A program made the position numbers and the translations under genes. Shown piece after piece: positions 50,143-59,136 of a stretch of 64,000 nucleotides of DNA (within the stretch, counting starts at the first letter, position 1; every line of letters starts with the position of its first letter). The DNA is taken from contig CANKYV010000004.1 of NCBI GenBank assembly GCA_947487955.1, positions 14,892-78,891 of the forward strand, given 5' to 3'. A model generated the notes under the pieces. The model had not been told where the DNA came from, searched no databases, and saw only the letters and a program-made list of their open reading frames with translations. The DNA is from Alphaproteobacteria bacterium (GTDB taxonomy: Bacteria > Pseudomonadota > Alphaproteobacteria > Paracaedibacterales > CAITNM01).

Positions 50143-50865
50143 ATGAAAAAATTGTTATTTAGATCTTTCTTATTTTTAATATTGCTAAGTTCGCATGGCT
50201 CAGCAGCAGCAGATGAAGAAGCAGTAAACTTTTGCATGGAATGGCATGACCTTACAAAGCTTTCTATATCAGAAAGAATCCCTTCCCTTCAAGAAAAAGG
50301 ATTCAATGATGAATCAGCAGAAATTCTTTCACGATTCATGACCCTTGCATATCCTACAAATATTGAAGTGATTGCTAATTACCTGTGTGATTCAAATTCA
50401 CCATTTGAAGGATTAAGAAATTTTCACTCTTCTGAGACAGACAAACAAGCCATCGGGTCGGCTATCAAAGCAATTTTAGTTTACCAAGGTCCAATTTATA
50501 TATATGCATATGGCGTTCTAAAAGGTTTTTCAGAAAATAAGCTAGAACTTTTGGTAAACAGCATGCTTATGAATACAAATGCAAGATTTCAAGCCGTAAC
50601 CGAATCGCATGCAATATCACCAATCAATATAGAGTTACTTAAAAACATTTTTTCTAGTAAAGATTCAATCACACAAACCTTCCCAACTTTATTAGGAAAC
50701 ATATTAAAAGATTGCTGTAACGCACAGATCAGTACTGGCATAATGGACGATTCTTCTTTGCAAGAAATTTCAAACTATAGATTTTGGAAAGTAATTTTTG
50801 ATACCTGTGACGCCAATACTGTATTAAAAGCTGTATCTGGAGAATTTCAATTTATTCGTTTTTAG
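50143..50865 (+). CDS. Secreted hypothetical protein
   Basis: Signal peptide; FNDESA and SITQTFP motifs shared with 12741..13538. Confidence 0.75.
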   Translation: MKKLLFRSFLFLILLSSHGSAAADEEAVNFCMEWHDLTKLSISERIPSLQEKGFNDESAEILSRFMTLAYPTNIEVIANYLCDSNSPFEGLRNFHSSETDKQAIGSAIKAILVYQGPIYIYAYGVLKGFSENKLELLVNSMLMNTNARFQAVTESHAISPINIELLKNIFSSKDSITQTFPTLLGNILKDCCNAQISTGIMDDSSLQEISNYRFWKVIFDTCDANTVLKAVSGEFQFIRF

Positions 50866-50949
50866 CTTAAGGAATTGAAGAGAAATTCGCGGCGTGAGCA
50901 TAGTTATTTGAGCTAACGAATGTTAAAGGTTGCTTCTAAATATTTCAAA

Positions 50950-50984
50950 ATTGCCACGCCCACTACGTGGGTTCGCAATAACGC
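50950..50984. repeat. Single degenerate REP-like unit
   Basis: attgccacgcccactacgtgggttcgcaataac resembles gattgccacgcctcttacagaggctcgcaatgac in ccmF. Confidence 0.65.
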
Positions 50985-50987
50985 AAC

Positions 50988-51138
50988 TATGCCAGACTCA
51001 TATAAATTGAGCACATAAATTTAGATTGCCGCGCAATCTTAGATCGCTCGCAAAGACGTTAAATGCTTAATTTTTGTCTTCGCGAGGAGCATAAGCGACG
51101 TGGCGATCTTATAATTAAATTATAGTACTCTGGCTATA
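50988..51138. mobile_element. ~150-bp MITE (copy 2)
   Basis: Near-identical to 17940-18091; right end tctggctata. Confidence 0.85.
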
Positions 51139-51243
51139 AGACACAGCTCCTGCAACAAAAAGACATATCTTTTTATGGGAAAAAATATCTATATTGCACG
51201 TAGCTGAAAAAGCTTTTACTTATTTATAATTTTTGTTTAACAA

Positions 51244-52932
51244 ATGGATCTTTATATGAAGAAAGTATTTATTTTTTTTGTTTTTGCTTTTTTAAGCGCC
51301 TTCAATGTTCTAGATGCGACTGATGCAGAATATGGTCAGTTACGTACGTATATCGGCACAAGATATCTAAAAGAAACATACGTAGACATAGCCAGGGATT
51401 TTGAGGCTAATCCTAAAGCAGCATCTAATCTTGCTAAAACTATTTCTAATTTTTTAGGTGGAAATACAAAAAAACCTCATACACTTTTAAATAAGGTTAA
51501 AGAAAAATACCCAAACATTTTTCAGCCAACAGTACCTGTTCATCACGCTGTTGCACCATTAGTACCTAACGTAGCACCAATTGTTGATCAACTAAATATT
51601 CAACAAAGAGCTGCCCCCATGATTAGACAGGAAGTTATACCTATTGTTAAACAAGAAGAGGTCATAACTCCTAGCCAGTATCTTGCATTGCCAGATTTAG
51701 CAACAGATTCAAAATACGTTATTTCCATGGTACCTATGAATAGTTCTGGTGATAGTTATCACATTTTAGCATATCTTATTCTTGCCAAATCCCATCAAAA
51801 AATCGTTCCTGATATATTGCTAACCTATGATGGCGTTGATGAAATCAGAGATGTTGAATCAAAAATGAACGCCTACACGCAAGTACAACGAACGCTACAT
51901 TTTGCGCAAGTTCTGGGGTATGGAGGATATTTCCAAACAGCATTTATTGATACAGGAAATTGCCAACGCGAAAATAATCGCCAAAGCAAGTTAGAAGAAT
52001 ATTTAAGCACAACTGAATATACTCATTACGTCGATCAAAAAGCCCTCACCACAATAATTGCTGAGCATTTTAGAGCTTTTGGCAAAGACAATACTACCCA
52101 AAGATTACGTGATGGCTTTAATAAATATTCGCCACAATACCTTAGTCAAACTGCATGCAAAAAACTTGTAAAAGATGCGCAGGATGAGGTTAGCCGTATA
52201 GGAGCTAATCCAAATCCTCTTGTTGTTATGCATGTACGATACTCTTCAAAGGCAAATGAAAAGCAAAATATGGAAGATGGCGTTATTGGTAAATTAAGTA
52301 GTTATGTTAAATCAAAAGGATATAACGTATGGTTCATCTTCACCGATGGTCGTACACGGGTGTCCTTTAAAAGCCTCGGCAATGATAGGACAGCCCCTTT
52401 TCCTTTCATAACAACAGACCACAAGGATAACGGTAAGTACTTTCATTTACAGCTTTTGTTAAATCTTAGAGATCTTCCTAATTTAAGGGGTATAATTGGC
52501 AATACCAGTGGTACACTAGACCTTGCTGGTTTCCTTGGGCACAACGTGTATAACCTACACAATGCGCAGCAAGCTTTTGATTATCAGTCTTGTCGGATCT
52601 TGATTCAATCTAGCTTTTTAACAGTAGAAAAATTGAATTTCGATTTATTAGAAAATGCACTTAGAACACGTGAAGGAAAATTAGGTGAGCTTAATGATAC
52701 TATTGCTCAAACACATTTACCGTTCTTAAGTAATTGGATGACAGGTGCTATGCAAACAGTCGGCGCAAGAGCATCTACTTCTCAATCAACAATTAATTCT
52801 CACCATGCAGGGTATCGGGAGCTCTTTTTTGTCAAAAAAATTAAAACCGAGCAGTTTGCTAGTTTGCCTTTGGTACAATCAATAATTACCTATTTAGAAA
52901 TGATAGCACCCACAATAAAAATTGAGGTGTGA
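51244..52932 (+). CDS. Secreted protein with glycosyltransferase GT-B-like motifs
   Basis: SGDSYHIL, VMHVR, IIGNTSGTLDLAGFLG. Confidence 0.55.
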   Translation: MDLYMKKVFIFFVFAFLSAFNVLDATDAEYGQLRTYIGTRYLKETYVDIARDFEANPKAASNLAKTISNFLGGNTKKPHTLLNKVKEKYPNIFQPTVPVHHAVAPLVPNVAPIVDQLNIQQRAAPMIRQEVIPIVKQEEVITPSQYLALPDLATDSKYVISMVPMNSSGDSYHILAYLILAKSHQKIVPDILLTYDGVDEIRDVESKMNAYTQVQRTLHFAQVLGYGGYFQTAFIDTGNCQRENNRQSKLEEYLSTTEYTHYVDQKALTTIIAEHFRAFGKDNTTQRLRDGFNKYSPQYLSQTACKKLVKDAQDEVSRIGANPNPLVVMHVRYSSKANEKQNMEDGVIGKLSSYVKSKGYNVWFIFTDGRTRVSFKSLGNDRTAPFPFITTDHKDNGKYFHLQLLLNLRDLPNLRGIIGNTSGTLDLAGFLGHNVYNLHNAQQAFDYQSCRILIQSSFLTVEKLNFDLLENALRTREGKLGELNDTIAQTHLPFLSNWMTGAMQTVGARASTSQSTINSHHAGYRELFFVKKIKTEQFASLPLVQSIITYLEMIAPTIKIEV

Positions 52933-52971
52933 TACCTGCGTGTTTGCCATGTTATCATGGCAAATACGTAA

Positions 52972-53355
52972 ATGCTTAATCGATACATTTTGAGAAATAC
53001 GATTATTGTCTCTTCATCTAATGTAGATCGTACCAGTAAAATCCCTGAAGATTTAGGAGAGTTGCTAAGCCAGAATATTGTTGTTTCAGCAACTGCAAAA
53101 TATCAATACACAAAATTTGCTGACATAAAACCTGAGATGATTGCTGAAGCCACGCAAAATGCTAGAAAATCTGCTGATCAATTTGCGAAAGATTCTTCTT
53201 CAAAAGTGGGAGTAATTAAATCTGCAAATCAAGGGGTATTTACAATAACAATAAAAAATTTCTCAAAAGATGAGAACGATTATCACGAATCAAAAAGTAT
53301 AAAGAAGAAAATTCGAGTAGTGAGCACTATAACGTTTTCGCTAAAGAATGCTTAG
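52972..53355 (+). pseudogene. C-terminal fragment of a SIMPL/DUF541 protein
   Basis: IKPEMIAEATQNARKSADQFAKDS.S.VG.IKSANQG.F...KKIRVVSTI; N-terminal part absent. Confidence 0.75.
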
Positions 53356-53451
53356 CGTCATTCTTAGAACGTCAGGCTTTGTGGAATTCAGTTTTTACCT
53401 TTGACACTATTTACTGGATCCCACGAAGGCTATTCGCCTTCTGGGATGACG
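53356..53451. repeat. Dimer of CGTC-type palindromic repeats
   Basis: cgtcattc...ggaattcagt / actggatccc...gggatgacg; same layout as ccmF units 3 and 4. Confidence 0.75.
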
Positions 53452-53478
53452 CGTTTTCAATAATTACTTTAATAAAAA

Positions 53479-53604
53479 TCATCTTTGCAGATTCTTTTTC
53501 AGCTCATTCCATGTAGTAGTTGGTACATTAGACAAACTTAGAAGACCAGCCTCAATTTCTTTATTTAGAATTTGTTGATTTAGTTGTTCTTGTATCATTT
53601 CCAT
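53479..53604 (-). CDS. 41-aa ORF, possible antitoxin-like remnant
   Basis: MEMIQEQLNQQILNKEIEAGLLSLSNVPTTTWNELKKNLQR. Confidence 0.35.
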   Translation of the reverse strand: MEMIQEQLNQQILNKEIEAGLLSLSNVPTTTWNELKKNLQR

Positions 53605-53607
53605 TCC

Positions 53608-54903
53608 TTACGCCACCAAGCGAAATTCACTTTTTTGCGCAGCGGGTGATTCTTTAAAAAGCCAAAGAAGTGACACACCACCTAAAAACACAACTGTTGC
53701 GATATAAATCATCACTCCAACCACACTTCCACCCATAAGTTGGGTGAGAGTATTAGTGATAAGTGGCGTAAGCCCTGCAAAAATGCTAAGACCTGCTGAG
53801 AAGGCAAAACCTGATAATCTACCTCTAATAAGAACAGGCACATCAAAAGAATTTAAAGGGTGTACGACTGCATAAGACATCGCTGCTGGTAAAATCATGA
53901 TAAGTTGAAAAAGAACAAAATGATGATTATGCAATAGCATAAATGCCGGATAAAGACAGATTAGCTGCATAACACAGGCACCCATCATGACTTTCTTCAT
54001 GCCCACTTTATCGCTTAACCACCCAAAAATTGCCGTCAAGACATTATGGCCAATAACTGCAAGTACCGTCATTTTCACAGCCGTGTGCAAAGGTATTCCC
54101 ACAACTTTTGTCATATAGAACGAGGTATAGTTGAGAGGGATCCAAATCAAAACCCCAGTCACCGCACCCACACAAAATGCTCTGTATACAAACCGTAAAT
54201 GCTGCGAGCTTAAAAGCTTTAGATTTTCACCAGAGCGAATTTTAGCTTCATTTTCAAAAAGAGGACTTTCCCGTACAAAGCTTCGTAAGTAAAAGGTAAC
54301 GATACCAAGAAAAGCAGCCAGTATAAAAGGTACTCTCCAAGACCAATCAGGCATACCTGGGCGGGTCGCAATGGCTACACACGCAATAGCTAAAAGACTA
54401 CCCATACCCGCTGCAGAATTATATAAACCAGCAACAGTTCCGGCTTTTTTCCATCCATAATTTTCAATAAGCAAGATACCACCGTTGGTAAATTCTCCGC
54501 CCATACACATGCCTTGAATGATTCGACAGATAATCAAAGCAATAGGCGCCATAATTCCAACTTGCGCATACGTAGGTGATAGGCCAATACACAAAGTAGG
54601 AATTGCCATACCAAGAACAGATAACATAAGGCTTTTGCGACGTCCCTTAAAATCAGCCATACGTCCAAAGATATACCCACCTAGAGGACGTGCCAGAAAT
54701 CCAATTGCAAAGAACAAACCACCGATAACAGCATCATGCAAGGGACTAATAGGTGGATAAAATTTAGAAGCAAGCAGAAAGCTAAAATGCGCAAAAATAA
54801 AGAAATCAAAATACTCAAGCAGGTTACCACACATTAAAGCGCCTAGTAGGTATTTTGGGGGTTTTGGAAGGGAGGCCATTGAATTTATCCTTAAGCAGAA
54901 CAA
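53608..54903 (-). CDS. MFS transporter, ProP/MHS-like
   Basis: GNLLEYFDF, RPLGG..FG..AD..GR, GGEF, WRVPF, ESP.F. Confidence 0.9.
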   Translation of the reverse strand: MFCLRINSMASLPKPPKYLLGALMCGNLLEYFDFFIFAHFSFLLASKFYPPISPLHDAVIGGLFFAIGFLARPLGGYIFGRMADFKGRRKSLMLSVLGMAIPTLCIGLSPTYAQVGIMAPIALIICRIIQGMCMGGEFTNGGILLIENYGWKKAGTVAGLYNSAAGMGSLLAIACVAIATRPGMPDWSWRVPFILAAFLGIVTFYLRSFVRESPLFENEAKIRSGENLKLLSSQHLRFVYRAFCVGAVTGVLIWIPLNYTSFYMTKVVGIPLHTAVKMTVLAVIGHNVLTAIFGWLSDKVGMKKVMMGACVMQLICLYPAFMLLHNHHFVLFQLIMILPAAMSYAVVHPLNSFDVPVLIRGRLSGFAFSAGLSIFAGLTPLITNTLTQLMGGSVVGVMIYIATVVFLGGVSLLWLFKESPAAQKSEFRLVA

Positions 54904-55042
54904 GCTATACGTTTATAGTATGAAACGCATGCACAAAATGCGCAAGTGATTTTGCAGAGATCAGAATTTTTTATTGATTTAAGTGAAAATTAATGAAATG
55001 TTGTGTACATTACAACTTAGAGGGATGTAAAAACGTTACGGT

Positions 55043-56329
55043 ATGATGTTTTTTATAATTTTATTCACTGTCTTTTTATATAATTCTTCAACAATACTGA
55101 TTGCAGCTGACCAGGATTTGAATCCGCTAAACGAAAATTCAGAAAAGACTACGAATCATGGCACTAGTACGGGAGATAGCTTAAATAATCTACCAGTAGA
55201 TCCAATAGCAGTTGCTCTAGGAAATACCTCCACTAATCGCGTTGTTACATTTGACCCATTGTTAATGATGATGCTAACTGCAGAAATTTTTGGACAATCA
55301 GTTAGAGCTCTAGGTGCCCCCAGCACTCCTTCTAACTTGCCCATTTCAACAGATCCAGATGCAGAAAAAGTAAAGAAAAGACAAGAAAAAAGAAAAAGAC
55401 AAGAAAGTGCTTCAATACAAAGTGCAGAAGAAAGAGCGGAAGAAGAAGCAACAGAAGAATGTGTTGTAATAGATACGTTAGCTGTCTGTGACCAGTCAGT
55501 TTGGTTAAAATCACAGTTATATCTACAAAATCGTGCTCTTGCTTATCAAGAAAAGCGTTCTCAAGCTGAAGTTAATTTGAAAGACGATCTTGATTTATGG
55601 GCAATACTTGTACGCAGAGGAATCTGCGGAAAAGCTGAACACAGAAAAACTCTTGATTGGATTAAACAACTTACGCTTGCTAATGGAAGCGGCTTAGAAG
55701 GCGCTATTGGACAATTCGATGCGGAACTAAGTGCATATGAGAGCAATATCAATCTTTTTCGCAATAGAAGTCCCTATAACGAAAATGAAATCAATTTTAT
55801 GCTTTGGTTTACTAGCTTACCGGAACGCCAAGACAGAGAAATGAGTGATGAGAAATTATTAAAATGGTTTCAAAAAGTAGAAAAGGCTTTCATTAAAACT
55901 CCTTTCAGAAAAGGTCTTTCTCTAGATCCAAAAACAGAAACATTAAAACAGAGGATCTGCCGAAAATGGTTAAGTGCTTTACCAAGAAATGCAGGTCCAC
56001 AATCAGACATTAAACGTGCTATTGCTCAAGCAACGCACATGGAAATACAACGGTACAAACTTATGCAGCTACAAGAAAGGCTGGAAGATTTTTATAAAGA
56101 ACAGGTTGATGCCCTACCACTTATCACCTCGGAAAGTATTATTGATTTTGCTTTGCGCCCTATTAGTTTAGAAGATTCACATCTTGCTAAATTTATGGAA
56201 GGCAAACACGAGACAAACGAGGGAGTTGAAGAGCATCCTATTAGTGCTGAAGAAGTTACGAGTATGATGGAATTCATTCAAACGCATCAAAGACATGCTG
56301 TGAAATATATAAGCGAGACATTGCTCTAG
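55043..56329 (+). CDS. Secreted hypothetical protein
   Basis: Signal peptide; basic cluster KVKKRQEKRKR. Confidence 0.7.
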   Translation: MMFFIILFTVFLYNSSTILIAADQDLNPLNENSEKTTNHGTSTGDSLNNLPVDPIAVALGNTSTNRVVTFDPLLMMMLTAEIFGQSVRALGAPSTPSNLPISTDPDAEKVKKRQEKRKRQESASIQSAEERAEEEATEECVVIDTLAVCDQSVWLKSQLYLQNRALAYQEKRSQAEVNLKDDLDLWAILVRRGICGKAEHRKTLDWIKQLTLANGSGLEGAIGQFDAELSAYESNINLFRNRSPYNENEINFMLWFTSLPERQDREMSDEKLLKWFQKVEKAFIKTPFRKGLSLDPKTETLKQRICRKWLSALPRNAGPQSDIKRAIAQATHMEIQRYKLMQLQERLEDFYKEQVDALPLITSESIIDFALRPISLEDSHLAKFMEGKHETNEGVEEHPISAEEVTSMMEFIQTHQRHAVKYISETLL

Positions 56330-56330
56330 A

Positions 56331-57050
56331 ATGCGCAAATTACCCGCTTTTGCTTTGATTGAAATCGCTATCGCACTTTGTGTACTCGGGGTTATTGGCT
56401 ATATGACAATGCCACTACTTGGCAAAGTTCAACAGTGGCAACGCGTAAGGACAACAAGTGCGCATCAAGAAAAAATTATTGAAGCATTAGCGGGTTATGT
56501 ACTTGCTAATAAGCGCTTGCCCTGCCCTGCAGCAAATTCAAACGGACAAGCCCAAACTGTGTGCACAAACGATACTAAAGCTGGGTTTGTACCCTATCAA
56601 ACATTAGGTATTGATGCAAAAACAGCTAAAGATGGTAACCATCATTGGATGACATACGTAGTGCAACCAAACCTTACAGCTGCGCGCATTAATTGGATAC
56701 AGCCGATGTCGGATTTACGCGTTGATCCCAAAACAATTTTTTGTAAAGTCCCCGCAGAGGAAACATTGAAGGTACTTAATGAGCAACATCAACGTTGTGT
56801 AGAAGCCCCTGATTTTGTGGCGATTGTATTGATTGCACATGGTATGAGTGGCGGGTATGCGCTGGAGAGTGGAGCAATCCAGCCGACTGTGAGTTTAGAC
56901 GCTGATAAGATAATGAATGTTGTGCGAGGTGATCAATATATAACAAAAGCGCCGCAATATCGCGACGCTTCGGTTTTTGATGATACGGTGCTGTTTGCAA
57001 GCCGCAATAATTTAATGGCACAGTGGGCTAAAGTACCGTGTCAACATTAG
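56331..57050 (+). CDS. Prepilin/pseudopilin-type protein
   Basis: AFALIEIAIALCVLG N-methylation motif; RLPCPA, GFVPYQTLG, AKDG. Confidence 0.85.
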   Translation: MRKLPAFALIEIAIALCVLGVIGYMTMPLLGKVQQWQRVRTTSAHQEKIIEALAGYVLANKRLPCPAANSNGQAQTVCTNDTKAGFVPYQTLGIDAKTAKDGNHHWMTYVVQPNLTAARINWIQPMSDLRVDPKTIFCKVPAEETLKVLNEQHQRCVEAPDFVAIVLIAHGMSGGYALESGAIQPTVSLDADKIMNVVRGDQYITKAPQYRDASVFDDTVLFASRNNLMAQWAKVPCQH

Positions 57051-58000
57051 AATTTCCGTTTCTGGTTTGCCAAATATTCTGAGCACCTTGCATATTGTTC
57101 TTGCAATTCTAATATTGTTTTTAAGTCTGATGAAGCTTCTTTTTCTGAACCAAATAAGTCATTTAATAACTCATGACCTGCGTAATAAGGAAAAGAATCT
57201 CCTAATTTTAATAGATCCTTAGCATATTTCACGCTATTTCCCGACATATTTAGACGATTGAGACTATCTGTTGGAAAACAATACCCAAACTTATCCTCTG
57301 TATCGAAATAATCTACATGCATACCGATAGTTTTTTTCCAAGTTGGATCTAGCTGATCTCGACTAGTAACTTCAGGCACATATGCACTCTCTTTATCATC
57401 ATGAAATTCTACAAAAAGAAGAGCTTCTTGCTGGCTTTTTGATAAGACTCGAGGCCAAGAAGCGATTACTTCAAGGATACCATTGGTTAGAATATCTTTT
57501 GAACCAATACAAAGAGTTTTTGAGATAGTTGCTGGCCATTGCGCAACCCACATACCCCCTGCACTGGTACTATAGTTGTGAAGTCTACTTTGAATTTTAA
57601 TTTTTATATCTTCAATATTATTTGTGTTAGTTGGGACTTCTATATGCTCACCTGGTAATGGTAACATTCCCGAAAATGCTTCTTTCTTACCATCTCTAAG
57701 AGTTACTTCTATTAATATCTTAAGATCATGAAGTGCATGTGCACCTTGTTCTGAGAATCCATATTCTGAAACATAGGGAATTCTAAATAACCCGCTGCCC
57801 GGACGTTTTCCAGAGGTGTGGCTATTAACGTATTCTTGATCCTCTAAAAATTTACCGCCTTTAACGGGGCCAATGTTATGATTCCAGATCTTTAGAACTA
57901 CACCTTCTTGAGCATTTACTTCTCTTATTTCTGACGCCGACAGGTCAGAAAATAACCCAAGGGCAGACAAAATCAACATAAATACTTTAACATTTCTCAT
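57047..58000 (-). CDS. Secreted hypothetical protein
   Basis: Signal peptide ending LSA-SE. Confidence 0.75.
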   Translation of the reverse strand: MRNVKVFMLILSALGLFSDLSASEIREVNAQEGVVLKIWNHNIGPVKGGKFLEDQEYVNSHTSGKRPGSGLFRIPYVSEYGFSEQGAHALHDLKILIEVTLRDGKKEAFSGMLPLPGEHIEVPTNTNNIEDIKIKIQSRLHNYSTSAGGMWVAQWPATISKTLCIGSKDILTNGILEVIASWPRVLSKSQQEALLFVEFHDDKESAYVPEVTSRDQLDPTWKKTIGMHVDYFDTEDKFGYCFPTDSLNRLNMSGNSVKYAKDLLKLGDSFPYYAGHELLNDLFGSEKEASSDLKTILELQEQYARCSEYLANQKRKF

Positions 58001-58089
58001 AAAAATACCTTTCTTGCTATTGTTAGGTTAGTGATAGCAATTTATAGAAAGGTAAGCAATAGAGAACACTGGTTAATTCCTTAATTTAA

Positions 58090-58695
58090 TTAAGGCGCAG
58101 TACTAACTGATTCAGCTGCTTTTGGCAAAGAAGAGGTACTCAATATTTCTTCAATCAATACGAAAAGTTTTTCAACAGACTCATGAAGAGGAATCTCGCT
58201 TAAAATTTCACCTGTAGTGACTCTAGATAGAGGTTGTATTAAAAAGTCTTGATGAAGCTCTTCAGGCAATCCCATTTTACTTAAAGAAAATTCGCCAATT
58301 TTGTCTATTTCTCTTATTTCGACAATAGCTTTACTGTATGCGAGATCAATTTTACTATCATCTTTATACGCTCCCATTGAACCGTTATTTGGCGAAAAGT
58401 AAGGGGGTGATAGCACATCAAATTTTGTTTGAAATTGGCGAATACATGGCGTTTCACTCTCAGCCATTAGTCCAAAATTATAAGTAACACTAGGGTTATC
58501 TACAGTCTTTAAGAAATTCTAGTAATAATTTTTGAAAATATCATCAATAGTACTTTCTGCTCTTTCATTACTTTCAGTAAGAACAGGTATTTGACTAGAA
58601 TCAAAAGCTTTAATCATCGGTATGGTGATACCTTCTATTGCAAAAAAATCATCTAACTGTCTGACATTTTCTTTAAAAATTTTCTCAAATCGGTA
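58090..58695 (-). pseudogene. Degraded hypothetical gene
   Basis: Frame of 58090..58467 continues upstream through a single TAG at 58519-58521 (FEKIFKENVRQLDD...NYY*NFLKTVDNP). Confidence 0.6.
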
Positions 58696-58748
58696 AATCT
58701 ATACCCAGAATTGTTGTTTTTTTTAATGCATTCAATACGCATAAAATT

Positions 58749-58955
58749 GGAGAAAGTGGTGAATATGCACTTGATAATGGGTCAATTCAACCTATTACAA
58801 GTAGTGATGCTGACAAAATTACCAATGCTGCACGCAACAATATTTTTATAACAAAAACGAATCGCACTGGACCAGCTGTGTTTGACGATACAATTTTATT
58901 TGTGACCAGAAATAATTTGACGGCGCAGTGGGCAAAGTTTCCGTGTAGAAGATAA
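58749..58955 (+). pseudogene. Orphan second 3' end of the pseudopilin gene
   Basis: GESGEYALDNGSIQP...VFDDTILFVTRNNLTAQWAKFPCRR*, 39 of 69 aa identical to 56841-57050 by manual alignment. Confidence 0.9.
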
Positions 58956-59136
58956 AAAATATTCTCACTTGATTAATTCGGCAAAAAAGAATATAAAGCT
59001 CATCAATATTGATATTAATATCTTTATATCAAAATAATAGTAATTATTTTTAAAATTATAATTGTTTGTTAATTAATAAAAAATTAATTATTGATATTTA
59101 AAATTATTTTTGAGTTTATTGTTAGATTATTAAAAT

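Noticed and set aside
50866-50916. Possible displaced 3' end of the photolyase (ttaagga match)
   Set aside because: The match is too short to support homology.
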